A stretch of DNA of 43,746 bases, taken from an uncultured Thermococci archaeon (lineage in GTDB: Archaea; Methanobacteriota_B; Thermococci; Thermococcales; Thermococcaceae). Where the stretch lies: NCBI GenBank assembly GCA_964615185.1, contig CAZTOS010000011.1:1-43746 (forward strand). Direction: 5' to 3'. Positions 1 to 10,681 of the stretch are shown piece by piece; within the stretch, counting starts at the first letter, position 1, and every line of letters starts with the position of its first letter. Under the pieces are notes generated by a model. That model worked only from the letters and a program-made list of their open reading frames with translations. It was not told the DNA's origin and did no database searches. Made by a program: the position numbers and the translations under genes.

Positions 1-386
1 CCCTTAGGTCTTGTACCGTCGTGGGGTATTGGTGTAACGTCTTCAACACGACCAATTCTGAGACCAGCCCTGGCTAAAGCTCTAATTGCAGCTTGGGCAC
101 CTGGTCCTGGGGTCTTGCTCTTACTTCCTCCAGGGGCTCTAACTTTAATGTGAACACCAATAATACCCTTCTCCAAAGCCTCTTCAGCTGCCCTCTTAGC
201 GGCAATCATGGCTGCGTATGGAGATGGTTCATCCCTGTCTGCCTTAACAACCATACCACCGCTCCATCTTGAAATTGTCTCTGCGCCTGTGAGGTCGGTT
301 ATGTGGATTATGGTGTTGTTGTATGAAGAGTAAATGTGAGCAACCCCCCATTTCTCCTTCTTCTTGATATTTACCTCCTCAGTCAT
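1..386 (-). CDS. rps11: 30S ribosomal protein S11 (uS11), runs off the window edge
   Basis: Manual translation from ATG 386: [44 protein letters not shown]...[39 protein letters not shown] overlap with the S4 stop. Confidence 0.97.
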   Translation of the reverse strand, partial: MTEEVNIKKKEKWGVAHIYSSYNNTIIHITDLTGAETISRWSGGMVVKADRDEPSPYAAMIAAKRAAEEALEKGIIGVHIKVRAPGGSKSKTPGPGAQAAIRALARAGLRIGRVEDVTPIPHDGTRPK

Positions 387-928
387 TGCGCCTCACCCGC
401 CTGCTTAGCTTGCTCAATAACAACCCTCTCGGGATGTGACTCCTTGGCGAACGGTGATGTCTTTGCGTAGGTTATACCATCTTCCTCTTCTCTAAGAACA
501 AGGTAACTTGGTGACCTGATGATTTGTCCATTGACCTCTATGTGTCCGTGAACAATCAACTGCCTTGCCTGCTTAATTGTCCTTGCAAGACCCTTCTTAT
601 AAACAAGCGTCTGAAGTCTTCTCTCTAAGATGTCCTCGATTGTAAGTGAGAGGACATCATCCAACACTGCATTTTCTGGAAGGATTCCAAGTCTTGCCAA
701 TCTCTGAAGGAGCTGCTGCCTCTCAATTTCTGCCTGCTTCCCTCTTGCTGCGAGTAATCTTCTTGCCCTTCTTCTGAACTCTTTAAGCTGAGTTTCGTGC
801 TTCCAAAGCTCTTTCTTGTTTTTGAGAGCATACTTCTTCATCAAAACTCTCTCTCTGTCAAGTCTCTCCTTAATCCATGGATGAGAGGGAGTTTCGTACT
901 TCTTCCTTTGTCTCTTAGGGTCTCCCAT
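383..928 (-). CDS. rps4: 30S ribosomal protein S4 (uS4)
   Basis: [44 protein letters not shown]4 motif. Confidence 0.98.
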   Translation of the reverse strand: MGDPKRQRKKYETPSHPWIKERLDRERVLMKKYALKNKKELWKHETQLKEFRRRARRLLAARGKQAEIERQQLLQRLARLGILPENAVLDDVLSLTIEDILERRLQTLVYKKGLARTIKQARQLIVHGHIEVNGQIIRSPSYLVLREEEDGITYAKTSPFAKESHPERVVIEQAKQAGEAQ

Positions 929-938
929 TTATACCACC

Positions 939-1385
939 TCACTTCTTCTTTCTTCTTACACCAACTGTTGCTCCTCTTCTGAAGTTTGATCTTGTTCTCT
1001 GTCCTCTCAATGGTAAGCCAAGCTCATGCCTAATACCCCTGTATGCCCTAATTCTCCTGAGCCTGTTAACGTCTTCACGCCATGCCATGACAAGCTTTGC
1101 ACCAATGAGGTGCATATCTCTTCCAGTCTCATAGTCCTTTGGTCTGTTCACGGCCCAAGGTGGAATTCCGTGCCTAACTGGGTCTTCAAGGATTTTCTCA
1201 ATGAGCTTAACCTGTTCGTCTGTTAAGTAACCTGCCTTCTGAAATGGATCTAATCCGGCAACTCTGCACACCATTGTAGCAAAGTTCATGCCTATTCCTT
1301 TTATTCCTGTGAGCGCCCATCTGAGCTGCTTATTTCCATCTAAATCTACTCCCGCAACACGAACGATGTGTCTGAAATCTGCCAT
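939..1385 (-). CDS. rps13: 30S ribosomal protein S13 (uS13)
   Basis: [17 protein letters not shown]...[19 protein letters not shown]; start set at ATG 1385 after GGAGGTG, since the longer ORF runs into the tRNA. Confidence 0.98.
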   Translation of the reverse strand: MADFRHIVRVAGVDLDGNKQLRWALTGIKGIGMNFATMVCRVAGLDPFQKAGYLTDEQVKLIEKILEDPVRHGIPPWAVNRPKDYETGRDMHLIGAKLVMAWREDVNRLRRIRAYRGIRHELGLPLRGQRTRSNFRRGATVGVRRKKK

Positions 1386-1425
1386 TATAAATACACCTCC
1401 AAGATTCAATCCTTCAAGAGGATTT

Positions 1426-1512
1426 TGGCGCCGGGACGGGGATTTGAACCCCGGCGGGCAAACGCCCACGGGCTCTCAAGGCCCGCGCCATCCCAGGCTA
1501 GGCGATCCCGGC
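1426..1512 (-). tRNA. tRNA-Ser(TGA), long variable arm, CCA encoded
   Basis: Reverse complement GCCGGGATCGCCTAGCCTGGGATGGCGCGGGC-CTTGAGA-GCCCGTGGGCGTTTGCCCGCCGGGGTTCAAATCCCCGTCCCGGCGCCA folds as a cloverleaf with anticodon TGA. Confidence 0.97.
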
Positions 1513-2085
1513 ATACACCCTATAGCCACTCCCTTTGGCTAATTCTCTCACATCTTTAAAGGTTTGCTTCATTAGGGCTTTAATAAACTTTGCGCCCTGA
1601 TTAGTTCTTATCACCAGCTGAAGCAAACCTCCATCGTAGAGATGCTTAGGAGCATTTATAACTATTTCCCTCAAAACTTCCTTGCCAGCATGCACCGGAG
1701 GGTTTGTAATTATGCTGTGAAACTTTTCTCCTTTGACGGGTTCATAAAGGTTGCCCCATCTAACCTCGGCATTCTTCACATTGTTGATTTTTAAGTTTTT
1801 CTTTGCCATGCTCACTGCTCTTCTATTAATGTCAATCATGACAACATAATCGACAAACTTAGCGACAACAATGCCAATTGCACCATATCCACAGCCCAAA
1901 TCCAAAACACGCCAATCCTTCTCGAGGATGACATTTTCAACCAATAATCGGGTACCATCATCATATTTACCGAATGAGAAGACTCCACTTGCTGTAATGA
2001 ACCTAAAGTACTGTCCTCTAACAAATACCTCAATTGTCTTAGTTTTTAGCGGAACATTGGGATTTTCAGAGTAATAATAACTCAT
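1498..2085 (-). CDS. Class I SAM-dependent methyltransferase, RsmC/MTS-like
   Basis: GVFS..YDDGT.LL, VLDLGCGYGAIG (motif I), IITNPPVHAG (motif IV). Confidence 0.9.
   Translation of the reverse strand: MSYYYSENPNVPLKTKTIEVFVRGQYFRFITASGVFSFGKYDDGTRLLVENVILEKDWRVLDLGCGYGAIGIVVAKFVDYVVMIDINRRAVSMAKKNLKINNVKNAEVRWGNLYEPVKGEKFHSIITNPPVHAGKEVLREIVINAPKHLYDGGLLQLVIRTNQGAKFIKALMKQTFKDVRELAKGSGYRVYAGIA
1552..1568 (-). promoter_or_regulatory. Putative BRE/TATA promoter for tRNA-Ser/S13, inside the methyltransferase CDS
   Basis: Minus strand GCAAACC-TTTAAAGA about 43 nt upstream of the mature tRNA 5' end. Confidence 0.55.
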
Positions 2086-2181
2086 GGTTGAAGATTCGGT
2101 GGGAGGTTTAAAAAGGATTATGCCAAATTGGGCTTAATTCCTGCTTATTTAACAGCTTCATTTTTGATTCTCAATTTTTGC

Positions 2182-3027
2182 TCAGCCCTTCAAATTTTTT
2201 GCAACCGCAACATTCTTCCCAATTATATCCCCATATTTTTCTGCCATCTTCCCATTCAAAACAGTTATAACGGTTTTGAAAGTTCCTTTAGCAATTCTCA
2301 GAGCTTTTGGTATGTCCTCTTCGCTACCCCAAACATACAACCCTCCACTTCCGTTAGGCAGTTCTCTGAGAACGTAATAGGATCTTCCAACAATCCCACT
2401 GCTTATGATCTTGTCTATTCCTGCAATGATATCCACGAAAGATGTAAACCAGTGATGGTACGAACTTTGGAACATCCCAGCAACCATTTTCAGCCTCATC
2501 ACATTTTCCCAAGGAAATTCGACCTTCATACCTGAAATTTTATGGAAGTTCTCAGTATCTATTTTAACAATTGTCCCTTCAAAAGCATCTTCGTATCCAA
2601 GCTTCTTATAGAACTTGTAGGATCTGTCTTCAGGAGTTGTTGTTATAAGTTCGCATCCTTCCTTTCTTGCAATGTCTTCTACAGCTTCCATCAGCCTTCT
2701 TCCTATCCCTCTCCTTCTATGACTTTCTTTCACCATGAGAACCTCCACATGGCATATCTTCCGGATCTTTCCCAGAAAATGCTCCTTAGAGATTAATGCC
2801 TCAACTTCTCCTACTATTTCACCACTTTCTTCAGCAACCAGAACTGGATGCCTGTACAAAAAGAGATAGTTTAGATGAATTGAGCAGGTTTCCACGCTCA
2901 TCCATGGTCCTCCGTATCTGTATCTCTCCTCAACACTAAGCCTTTCGTAATCAGGAATATTGACATCAGATAGATGGCACTTAACAATCCCAAGAACATC
3001 GTTAAAAGAAGCTTTTCTCACGATCAT
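2182..3027 (-). CDS. GNAT-family acetyltransferase with C-terminal extension
   Basis: LMVKESHRRRGIGRRLM (acetyl-CoA motif A) and SYKFYKKLGY (motif B). Confidence 0.85.
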   Translation of the reverse strand: MIVRKASFNDVLGIVKCHLSDVNIPDYERLSVEERYRYGGPWMSVETCSIHLNYLFLYRHPVLVAEESGEIVGEVEALISKEHFLGKIRKICHVEVLMVKESHRRRGIGRRLMEAVEDIARKEGCELITTTPEDRSYKFYKKLGYEDAFEGTIVKIDTENFHKISGMKVEFPWENVMRLKMVAGMFQSSYHHWFTSFVDIIAGIDKIISSGIVGRSYYVLRELPNGSGGLYVWGSEEDIPKALRIAKGTFKTVITVLNGKMAEKYGDIIGKNVAVAKNLKG

Positions 3028-3059
3028 GAATTAAAAGAGGAAGCAGAAACATAAAAAGA

Positions 3060-4064
3060 TTACCACATCTTTGGATACCAATCCCTTGGCATGAACACCT
3101 TTTCAACATCAACAGCTATTCCCTTGCTCTTGTTGAGCATCTCTTGGCTCGTCATCATGGCCTTTCCTAATGCGACAAGCTCATCCTTGAGAGTCATTAT
3201 AGCAACCAAATCTCCTCTCTTTATGCCAGCATGCACCTTAACGATCCCAGGAACTGCCAAATCAGCCCCATAAGTCACAGCAGCAACGGCTGAATCTCTT
3301 ATCCAGACCTTCGGCAGATGCTCCACAGCCTTCTCCATCGGCTGGATTGCTCTGCGGAAGTATTCTTCGATTCCATCTTCCTTCCAGAAGTGATAGTAAT
3401 CTACAAGATCGTGCAGGGTTACTAAGGTCTCATCCTCTTTAAATGGTCCACTTCTTGTTCTTCTCAGCTCAGTCATATGAGCACCAACACCCAAAGCCAG
3501 TCCTATGTGGTGGATTAGTGAACGGATGTAAGTTCCAGCCTCAACACCGACTCTGAAGAGGACATCTTTGCCTTCTATTTCCAAAATTTCAATGTAGTAA
3601 ACCTTTCTCGTCCTCAACCTTCTTTTAACTGCACTCCTCAGAGGGGGTCTCTGAATGATTTCTCCCTCAAACTCCTTCATAACTTTGTGGATTTTATCCT
3701 CAGGAACCTCACCATGGAGATGCATTAAAGCCACGTACTCCTTTCCCGCAGGTAAAAGAGCCTGAACCACACGGGTTGCCTTCTCAAGGGCAACAGGCAA
3801 AACACCGCTGACCTTTGGATCAAGTGTTCCCCCATGACCAGCTTTCTTTAAGTTAAAGAGCTTTTTAATCCATGCTACAACCTCGTGACTTGTCGGTCCT
3901 GGAGGCTTGTCGAGATTTATTATGCCAAACTGCATGTGCATTTCCATAGGTCTCTTCTCTGGAGGAAAGCCCCACTTTGGGTTTGTTTCAGCTTTTTCAT
4001 CTTTGATAAGCACTTCACGCTCAATATCTGCGGGAAGGATTCTTCTAACTTCATCTCTCGCCAT
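3060..4064 (-). CDS. cbf5: H/ACA RNA-guided / tRNA pseudouridine synthase Cbf5
   Basis: LDKPPGPTSHEV, GHGGTLDP (catalytic Asp), C-terminal PUA domain. Confidence 0.97.
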   Translation of the reverse strand: MARDEVRRILPADIEREVLIKDEKAETNPKWGFPPEKRPMEMHMQFGIINLDKPPGPTSHEVVAWIKKLFNLKKAGHGGTLDPKVSGVLPVALEKATRVVQALLPAGKEYVALMHLHGEVPEDKIHKVMKEFEGEIIQRPPLRSAVKRRLRTRKVYYIEILEIEGKDVLFRVGVEAGTYIRSLIHHIGLALGVGAHMTELRRTRSGPFKEDETLVTLHDLVDYYHFWKEDGIEEYFRRAIQPMEKAVEHLPKVWIRDSAVAAVTYGADLAVPGIVKVHAGIKRGDLVAIMTLKDELVALGKAMMTSQEMLNKSKGIAVDVEKVFMPRDWYPKMW

Positions 4065-4073
4065 GAGCATCAC

Positions 4074-4312
4074 CTACGGATCATTTAAAGCTTCAATAAA
4101 CTCATCTTTATCTATGCCAGCTAATTTAAGGACACCTAAAAGGGTTCATGTTTTAACTCTTTATGCAGAGGAACAACAGTACCAATTTTTCTACCATCAA
4201 CGTATTTAACCAGTACTACATGGCTTCCTTTTTGCCTCGAAACCTTGAACCCAAATTTCCTAACGAGAGCCTTGATAACTTCTTCACCCGAGAGCTTTGG
4301 CGATCTGGACAT
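4074..4312 (-). pseudogene. hicA: HicA-family toxin with a 1-nt frameshift
   Basis: MSRSPKLSGEEVIKAL..FGF....QKGSHVVL...VVPLHKELKH then early stop; the adjacent frame continues TLLGVLKLAGIDKDEFIEALNDP*. Confidence 0.85.
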
Positions 4313-4508
4313 TGAAATCCCCAATGAGCTTTATTTTCCTAAGTTCCTCCTTTAGTTCCGGAAACTCTTCCAGATATAACTCAACTGCTTCTTTTAAATT
4401 TTCAAGTGCCTTCTCAATAGTCTCACCTTGGGTAGTTACTCCTGTAAAGACCTCCTTAACTACATACACTCCCTCTTCTTCCCATATCACTGCGTGAAGC
4501 GTTAGCAT
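4284..4508 (-). CDS. hicB: HicB-family antitoxin (short form)
   Basis: EEEGVYVV...GVTTQGETIEKALENLKEAVELYLE HicB pattern; overlaps hicA start. Confidence 0.88.
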   Translation of the reverse strand: MLTLHAVIWEEEGVYVVKEVFTGVTTQGETIEKALENLKEAVELYLEEFPELKEELRKIKLIGDFNVQIAKALG

Positions 4509-4618
4509 TTTCTCACCTCACTAAAATTTGGTATTTTGCTTTATAAATCTGCCTTAAGCTTGTAGTTTGAGAAGCTTGAGCAAGAATAGAAAAGAGAAGC
4601 TAAAAGCTTGGTTTAACT

Positions 4619-4870
4619 TCAAGCCAAGCTTATTCCAGCCTGCTCAAGGGCGGATTTAACTTCCTCGTCGCTTGCTCCCCTTGGAATGTTGATCTTCTCT
4701 GGGAGTGGTTCAATGTGCTTTATGTTCATCCTTCTCCTCTTAACCTTGTTCAGCCCAGCACCTGTAACGAGGACGAAATTCTTGTCAATTATATCAACTA
4801 CAACAACCTTTTGTCCAGCTCTTCTTCCGGCAATAACAACCGCTATTCTTCCTATATCAATTGCTGGCAT
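4619..4870 (-). CDS. rpl14e: 50S ribosomal protein L14e
   Basis: [37 protein letters not shown]. Confidence 0.97.
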   Translation of the reverse strand: MPAIDIGRIAVVIAGRRAGQKVVVVDIIDKNFVLVTGAGLNKVKRRRMNIKHIEPLPEKINIPRGASDEEVKSALEQAGISLA

Positions 4871-4885
4871 TCATCCCACCTCCTT

Positions 4886-5467
4886 TCATCTTTTATTCCG
4901 GGCAAAACGCCCGAACCCCGTGTCGCCATCGGGGTACAGGTGGTCGATGGCGGCCTTCACAATTGCGAAGACCCCATCGGGCGACCATTTCGAAGTGTTT
5001 ATGACCAAATCATAAATCGAAAGGTCGTTGATGTCAATACCATAAAGGTTTAAATATCTTTTCCTGTTTTGTTTCTCCCTCTCAGCAATCTGCATGAATG
5101 CTTCCTCAATACTGATGCCCTCTCTCCTTGCAACCCTTTCTGCTCTAACTTTTATTGGAGCATCAAGCCATATTTTGAGGTCAGCATTCCTAACCATCCA
5201 TCCAGCCAAACGGCCCTCAATAACAACATTACACTCATTAGCAGCCTCAATTTGCCTTCTGTCAACCTCTCTATCAATTTCCGGATGAAGTTCAGCATAT
5301 TTTTGAAACTCTTGCAGAGTCATGCCCATTTCCCTTGCCATCTGCCTGAAAATCAATCCCGCATATACGTGCTTAAACCCGTAATGTCTGGCAATGTTTC
5401 TGCAGAGTGTTGTTGTACCGGAGCCCGCTAAACCACTTACTGTTATCACTAAGCAATTTTTTGGCAT
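4886..5467 (-). CDS. cmk: Cytidylate kinase (archaeal type)
   Basis: ITVSGLAGSGTTT P-loop, VIEGRLAGW, operon position. Confidence 0.95.
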   Translation of the reverse strand: MPKNCLVITVSGLAGSGTTTLCRNIARHYGFKHVYAGLIFRQMAREMGMTLQEFQKYAELHPEIDREVDRRQIEAANECNVVIEGRLAGWMVRNADLKIWLDAPIKVRAERVARREGISIEEAFMQIAEREKQNRKRYLNLYGIDINDLSIYDLVINTSKWSPDGVFAIVKAAIDHLYPDGDTGFGRFARNKR

Positions 5468-5493
5468 TTCAACCACGTGAAAAAGTTTTAAAA

Positions 5494-5763
5494 TCAAGAA
5501 ATTTGAGCCCTAACCTGAGCCTTCATGACTTTGCGCATGCAACTTGGACAGAGATGTGGCATTGGTCTTTCTGGCCTCTTCTTGGTTTTCGGTAACTTCC
5601 TTAGCTCGCTTGGTCTTCCCCTTGGAATACCGTTAAGTGGTCTTCCACACATTGCACAGTGTGCTATCTTTGGCTTTTTCCTCTCAAAGTGTATGACGGT
5701 TCTTCCCCCAGGAGTCCTAACATATCTCCTTTTCCATGACCTTGATCTATGCATTGATTTCAT
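5494..5763 (-). CDS. rpl34e: 50S ribosomal protein L34e
   Basis: VRTPGGR, CAMC...CPSC zinc ligands, RPERP. Confidence 0.97.
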   Translation of the reverse strand: MKSMHRSRSWKRRYVRTPGGRTVIHFERKKPKIAHCAMCGRPLNGIPRGRPSELRKLPKTKKRPERPMPHLCPSCMRKVMKAQVRAQIS

Positions 5764-5806
5764 TTTTCTTCACCTCGCTTAGCATTTTTGTTCAGCATTT
5801 TTAAAC

Positions 5807-6337
5807 TTAACTAGCCATGTCCAACAGCTTTCTCAAAATCTGTCCCACGATCGTAGAGGTTAAGACGTACCATCCGATGTAGCCAAGTTCATTTGCCGGA
5901 AGTCCAGAGTGATAGAACCTATGGAACCAGTCGAAGATGAAGAAGTTGAACGGAGCTTTTATAATGCCAACCTCAACATACCATCTCCTCAGCCAACCGA
6001 AGAATATCCAGAATACCGGCATTGTCACGAGCATTGGTTTAAAGAATGTGTCTTTCATGACTTCGTTCTGAAGTCTCAAGAGTTCCATTTGCTTCTGCTG
6101 AAGTTTCCTAAGCTTTTTCTCATCCCCAGCTTTCTGTGCTTCATTCCACTCTTTTTGAAATTCTTGGCTTAGCTTCTGAAGTCTTTTCATCTTTTCCTGG
6201 TCAACTAAGAAATAGTTTACCAATGTGAAGAACGAACCCAGTATTATGCCTGAAATTGTCACTACCCACAATGGGTGAGTTGAGACAACCAATGGCCCAA
6301 ACACCTTATCCAATACAGCATATATCGGCTCAAGCAT
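5807..6337 (-). CDS. DUF106 / EMC3-TMCO1-like membrane protein (Oxa1 superfamily)
   Basis: TM-coiled coil-TM layout, GWY near the C-terminus, conserved position after adk. Confidence 0.85.
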   Translation of the reverse strand: MLEPIYAVLDKVFGPLVVSTHPLWVVTISGIILGSFFTLVNYFLVDQEKMKRLQKLSQEFQKEWNEAQKAGDEKKLRKLQQKQMELLRLQNEVMKDTFFKPMLVTMPVFWIFFGWLRRWYVEVGIIKAPFNFFIFDWFHRFYHSGLPANELGYIGWYVLTSTIVGQILRKLLDMAS

Positions 6338-6920
6338 ATTCCTCCACCGCCAAATCAAGTATTTTTACCAGCTCATTAACAGCCTCTTCAAGACCCTTAT
6401 CTTCATGGTTCTCAATTATCTTTATAAGTGCATTGGAATGTATTGCATAGCTTATTGCAGCAGCCCTATTTAAATCTTGATGTCTCTGGATTTGCTCTTC
6501 AGTTTCAACATCTCTATCTCTTTTGAGATCCCTTAAACGTCTACCAAGGATTTCGCTTGGAGTTGCTTCAATTATCACAATGAAGGTTGGACTTATTGTT
6601 TCGATAACTTTTCTTGGAAACCCAAGCAGATAACCAAGGGGAGTTCTGATTGTAGCATGAGTGTCCAAGAGGACGGGTTCTTTTTTTGCTATCTCTGCTA
6701 TTTTTTCTGCCACTTTTTGCTGAAGAACTCTTTGCTTTTGCAGGTCCAGTTTTCTCATTTCATCCCTGTGTTTAACCCATCCCATTTTTACAGCTTCCTC
6801 AAACATTAGATCTCCAAAGTTAATGAGTCTGAATTTAGCTCGCGTTCTTCTTAGAGCTAATCTTGTGATAGTGCTCTTGCCTACTCCTGGAATACCAGTG
6901 ATCATGACTACAAATGGCAT
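6330..6920 (-). CDS. adkA: Adenylate kinase (archaeal)
   Basis: [26 protein letters not shown]; start at ATG 6920 after GGTGA. Confidence 0.95.
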   Translation of the reverse strand: MPFVVMITGIPGVGKSTITRLALRRTRAKFRLINFGDLMFEEAVKMGWVKHRDEMRKLDLQKQRVLQQKVAEKIAEIAKKEPVLLDTHATIRTPLGYLLGFPRKVIETISPTFIVIIEATPSEILGRRLRDLKRDRDVETEEQIQRHQDLNRAAAISYAIHSNALIKIIENHEDKGLEEAVNELVKILDLAVEEYA

Positions 6921-7011
6921 TGATATCACCCTAATGAATTTAAGACTATGAAATTTGCTGTCAAAGGGATAAAAGAAGTAGGGGTTTAAAGATTTTTTGG
7001 AAAAAGAAATG

Positions 7012-8400
7012 TCATCCAAAGAACCTGCGCAACATTGGAAACATTTCACTTACCTGTTCTCTTGCTATCTCCTCATAGAATCTGTAGAGTATACCAACAG
7101 TCAGCAGTATTCCGGTTCCAGTTCCCAATGCTCCAAGGAAGTCAGCCAATATTGCGACCACCGCAAGTGTAAATGAACCCCAGAAGGTTACGTATGGGAT
7201 ATATCTCTGAAGAACTCTCTCGAGGATTCTTGGGTCTCTTCTGAATCCCGGAATTTGAAGACCTGCTTTTTGTAACTGCCTTGCTATGGTCTTTGCATCC
7301 AATCCAGTGAGCTCAACCCAAAGGAATCCAAAGATTAAAGCCCAAAAGATTGTCATAAGAGCATAAATTAGAGCCCTTAATGGGTCAGACATGACATGGA
7401 AGATATCTCTAACTGGTATCGTGTATCTTACAAACCCTGAAATCGCTGCACCCGTTTTCGGATCAAACTGCCCCAAAATTGGATGCCCGATTTTTTGCAA
7501 AAATCTTGCCCAGAGCTGAATGTTTGCATAAAGCGCGAAAGTCAGGATAATTGGAATGTTTGAAACATACATGAACCTAATTGGGTATCTACCCCTAACT
7601 GTAACCCTTCCATAGCTGAGTGGAATTTCAACACGCATGCTTTCAAGATACACAACAATGAAAAATACCACAAGTGTTGCCAGGACGTTACTCATACCAG
7701 GTAGATTTCCTCTGTAGAATCCACCCGTTAAATCACCGTTAATTAAATGCTGAATGAAGGCAGGGATTGCACCAATTATTGCAGGTTTTCCTGTAAGGGG
7801 ATCTATAACCTGGGTTGTAGTTAATGGATTAAATGCTCTTGTGATTATTCTCTGAGAAACACCAGCCGCTATGAACAGGCTTATACCACTTCCAATTCCC
7901 CACTTACTAACAAGTTCATCCATTATGATAAGCAGTATTCCACCCATCGCCAGCTGTAATGTGAGAAGTACCTTAATACTCAACGCTGGATTTCCAAATG
8001 CACCAGCAAACACATATATAGCTGCTTCAAAGAAACACATGAACACTGCGAATACTCTCTGCATTGCTTGGTAGAATCTTCTATCCTCAGGGTTTGATAA
8101 ATCAAGCTTGATAATCTCAGAACCCACTAAAAGCTGCATGATAATTCCGGCTGTGACTATAGGTCCAATACCCAGAGTAAGGATACTCCCACTTCTACCA
8201 GCGAGAACAACTCTCAAAGTTTGAAAATAATCTTGAACAGTTGGGGGCAATCCAAATAGAGGTATCTCCGAGAGTATAAAGTACAACAACAATACAATAC
8301 CTGTCCAAGCGAACTTTTCTTTCAACGGGACATGTCGTTTTGGTCTTTCGATTTCTGGAAACCACCTTTCCAATGCATAGACTACATCTCTTACGCCCAT
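7012..8400 (-). CDS. secY: Preprotein translocase subunit SecY
   Basis: [41 protein letters not shown]. Confidence 0.98.
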   Translation of the reverse strand: MGVRDVVYALERWFPEIERPKRHVPLKEKFAWTGIVLLLYFILSEIPLFGLPPTVQDYFQTLRVVLAGRSGSILTLGIGPIVTAGIIMQLLVGSEIIKLDLSNPEDRRFYQAMQRVFAVFMCFFEAAIYVFAGAFGNPALSIKVLLTLQLAMGGILLIIMDELVSKWGIGSGISLFIAAGVSQRIITRAFNPLTTTQVIDPLTGKPAIIGAIPAFIQHLINGDLTGGFYRGNLPGMSNVLATLVVFFIVVYLESMRVEIPLSYGRVTVRGRYPIRFMYVSNIPIILTFALYANIQLWARFLQKIGHPILGQFDPKTGAAISGFVRYTIPVRDIFHVMSDPLRALIYALMTIFWALIFGFLWVELTGLDAKTIARQLQKAGLQIPGFRRDPRILERVLQRYIPYVTFWGSFTLAVVAILADFLGALGTGTGILLTVGILYRFYEEIAREQVSEMFPMLRRFFG

Positions 8401-8433
8401 GATTAACACCTGCCAAAATTTAAAATAAAAAGG

Positions 8434-8877
8434 TCAAGCAAGGACAGCCTCTCCCCCCGCTTCTCTAATCTTTTCTTGGGCCTTGGGGGAGAAGGCATAA
8501 GCTTTAATGACCAAAGGCTTTGTGAGCTTTCCAGTGCCTAAAACTTTGTCAGCAAACTGTGTTGTGTCAACGACGATTTTTTCATTCTCCTCATATGCAA
8601 TTCCCATCTGCATAAGCTCATCCAAGTGCTCATCGATGAACTTTAGATTAACAGCAACGATTTCTCTCTGAACTGCTTTTGGTCTGTGGAATCCTCTCTT
8701 ACCAAGGTGGTCGGGCATATATTTGATAACCCAAGTCCATTTTGTCTTCTTCCTCTTTCCGGTTCCAGCCATACCCCTACCGCCCTTGTGACCTCCACCT
8801 CTGTGCTTCTTCTTGCATCCCCAGCCATGAGTGTGGGAACCACGAAGCTTTCTCACTTTCTTTCTTCTCCTAATCAT
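8434..8877 (-). CDS. rpl15: 50S ribosomal protein L15
   Basis: RGSHTHGWG...GGRGMAG; KVLGTG. Confidence 0.97.
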   Translation of the reverse strand: MIRRRKKVRKLRGSHTHGWGCKKKHRGGGHKGGRGMAGTGKRKKTKWTWVIKYMPDHLGKRGFHRPKAVQREIVAVNLKFIDEHLDELMQMGIAYEENEKIVVDTTQFADKVLGTGKLTKPLVIKAYAFSPKAQEKIREAGGEAVLA

Positions 8878-8887
8878 CACAAGCACC

Positions 8888-9355
8888 TCACAGCATTCTT
8901 TCTATAAGCTCATTAATCTTCTCGCCCCTATAGCCTAAAGCTCCTCCTTCTTTAAACGTCCTCTTCTTGCTTCCCTTGAAGCCACCCCTTGGTGGATGGA
9001 GCCTAAAGACTGGTTTGAGGTTTGGCAAGTCGCTGAGCTTCATTTCTCCATTAATGACTTTTTCTGCGAACTCTTCAATTGTCATTCCAAGCTTTTCCTG
9101 AACGTATTCATCTGTAACCTTCCTGTTCCCGATTAATCTGCCCCTCTTCCTTATGAGCTTTGTAAGTGTTTCTGCGTTAATTTCGCCCCATGTAATGTAG
9201 TCCTTTGCCTTCTGAATCATTCCCTTGTAGCTTGGTGTATCATCAACTATAACGAGATGATTAACCTTGTGAAGTCTGAGCATTGCAAGTGTATCCTTCA
9301 CTGGCCTCTTAACTCCAACCCTTCCTCTAACCCTAATTATTGCTATTTTTGCCAT
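8888..9355 (-). CDS. rpl30: 50S ribosomal protein L30
   Basis: [22 protein letters not shown]. Confidence 0.97.
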   Translation of the reverse strand: MAKIAIIRVRGRVGVKRPVKDTLAMLRLHKVNHLVIVDDTPSYKGMIQKAKDYITWGEINAETLTKLIRKRGRLIGNRKVTDEYVQEKLGMTIEEFAEKVINGEMKLSDLPNLKPVFRLHPPRGGFKGSKKRTFKEGGALGYRGEKINELIERML

Positions 9356-9366
9356 CTTTGCTCACC

Positions 9367-10074
9367 TCACAGTTCAAAGCTCTGTGACATCTCTCTACCA
9401 ACGACAATGCCGTACTTTTCAATCATATCTGGTTTAATGGCAACCTTGTTGGTGTTGTAGAGTGCATCAAACACTGCCTTTGCGAAGTTAACTGTTGTTC
9501 TTGTTTCACCAAAGCTCTGACTCCAAACGTCCTTAACTCCTGCTAAGGTCAGTATCTTTTTGCCAACATCACCAATGACAAGTCCAAGACCTCTCGGCCC
9601 TGGCATGAGCTTAACTCTAACGCTTCCCTCTTTTCCTTCAACGGTGAATGGAACTGAGTGAGGTCTTCTACATCTGCACTCCCATGAACCACAGCCCCTC
9701 TTAATTTCGATGATGTTTATCTTAGCATAGTTTATTGCCTTTCTAATTGCGATACCAACTTCCTTTCCGTGACCAATGCCCAGTCCAACATAGCCATCTC
9801 TGTTACCAACTGCCGCTAAAACCCTGAATCTCACCCTCCTACCGCTGTCGGTCATTCTAACTGTCAAGGCAATATCGAGAACTTGCTGATTTTCCCTTGC
9901 ATTGACCTCTGGCAGTAAAACGTCAACAATCTCTGGCTCCTTAATCTGGTATCCCTTTCTGAATATTTCATGAATGTCGGTAATTTGTCCTTCCTTAACA
10001 AGCATGCCCAACTTAGTTCTGGGCTGCCATTCCTCTAATACTCTTTGAGCGTATTCCCTCCAGTCTTGGCTCAT
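9367..10074 (-). CDS. rps5: 30S ribosomal protein S5
   Basis: [23 protein letters not shown]. Confidence 0.98.
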   Translation of the reverse strand: MSQDWREYAQRVLEEWQPRTKLGMLVKEGQITDIHEIFRKGYQIKEPEIVDVLLPEVNARENQQVLDIALTVRMTDSGRRVRFRVLAAVGNRDGYVGLGIGHGKEVGIAIRKAINYAKINIIEIKRGCGSWECRCRRPHSVPFTVEGKEGSVRVKLMPGPRGLGLVIGDVGKKILTLAGVKDVWSQSFGETRTTVNFAKAVFDALYNTNKVAIKPDMIEKYGIVVGREMSQSFEL

Positions 10075-10676
10075 TCTCTCGCCCCCTCAAACTTTTCAAT
10101 TATTCTCGCTTTGACCTCATCAAAGTGCTCTGGAAGCTTTTCAGGATCAAGACCTTTAAGGAGGTAACCTCCAAATTGTCTTCTATATCTCTCCTCGTCT
10201 TCCTCTTTGAGCATTTTGGCGTATTCAGCTATGTGTTCTCCCCTGATTCTATACTCATCCGGATAAATTTCCTCACTGTGTGGAACATTCAAACCAGCAT
10301 CAACTGCACCTTTAAGGACTGCAAAGATGCTTGAACCTCTTGTTGGTGGGTGCAAGCCTATGTCAAGGATAGCTTCACCTATGCCCTTCTGCAACGCCTT
10401 GTAACCAATGAGCAGACCGAGCAGATAAGCGCTTGGCGTGTTTCCTCCGTGTCCCTTCCAGCCAAAGTCCCTCATTAACTCCCTTGTGTGAGCTGAAACT
10501 AAAGTTCTGTCACCTTTTGGATCGTAAACAATGATTTGGGCAATGTGATGGTTTAAAGTCTTTCTAACAACTAACCTTGGCTTGCCTGACTTGAGTAAGG
10601 CTAAGCGTTTGTGATAGTTGGTCTTCCCTTCTCTCCTCCTTCTGAATGGAACCCTATATCTTGGTCCGTGTGCCAT
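10071..10676 (-). CDS. rpl18: 50S ribosomal protein L18
   Basis: [23 protein letters not shown]. Confidence 0.98.
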   Translation of the reverse strand: MAHGPRYRVPFRRRREGKTNYHKRLALLKSGKPRLVVRKTLNHHIAQIIVYDPKGDRTLVSAHTRELMRDFGWKGHGGNTPSAYLLGLLIGYKALQKGIGEAILDIGLHPPTRGSSIFAVLKGAVDAGLNVPHSEEIYPDEYRIRGEHIAEYAKMLKEEDEERYRRQFGGYLLKGLDPEKLPEHFDEVKARIIEKFEGARE

Positions 10677-10681
10677 TTATA

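Noticed and set aside
1386..1469. N-terminal extension of the S13 ORF
   Set aside because: It runs through the tRNA; the RBS supports ATG 1385
4556..4631. Cluster of AAGCT(T) palindromes upstream of hicB
   Set aside because: Short, irregularly spaced, and AAGCT is frequent throughout the window
5781..5802. Direct repeat AGCATTTTT twice before L34e
   Set aside because: Only two AT-rich 9-mers overlapping a probable TATA box; plausible by chance
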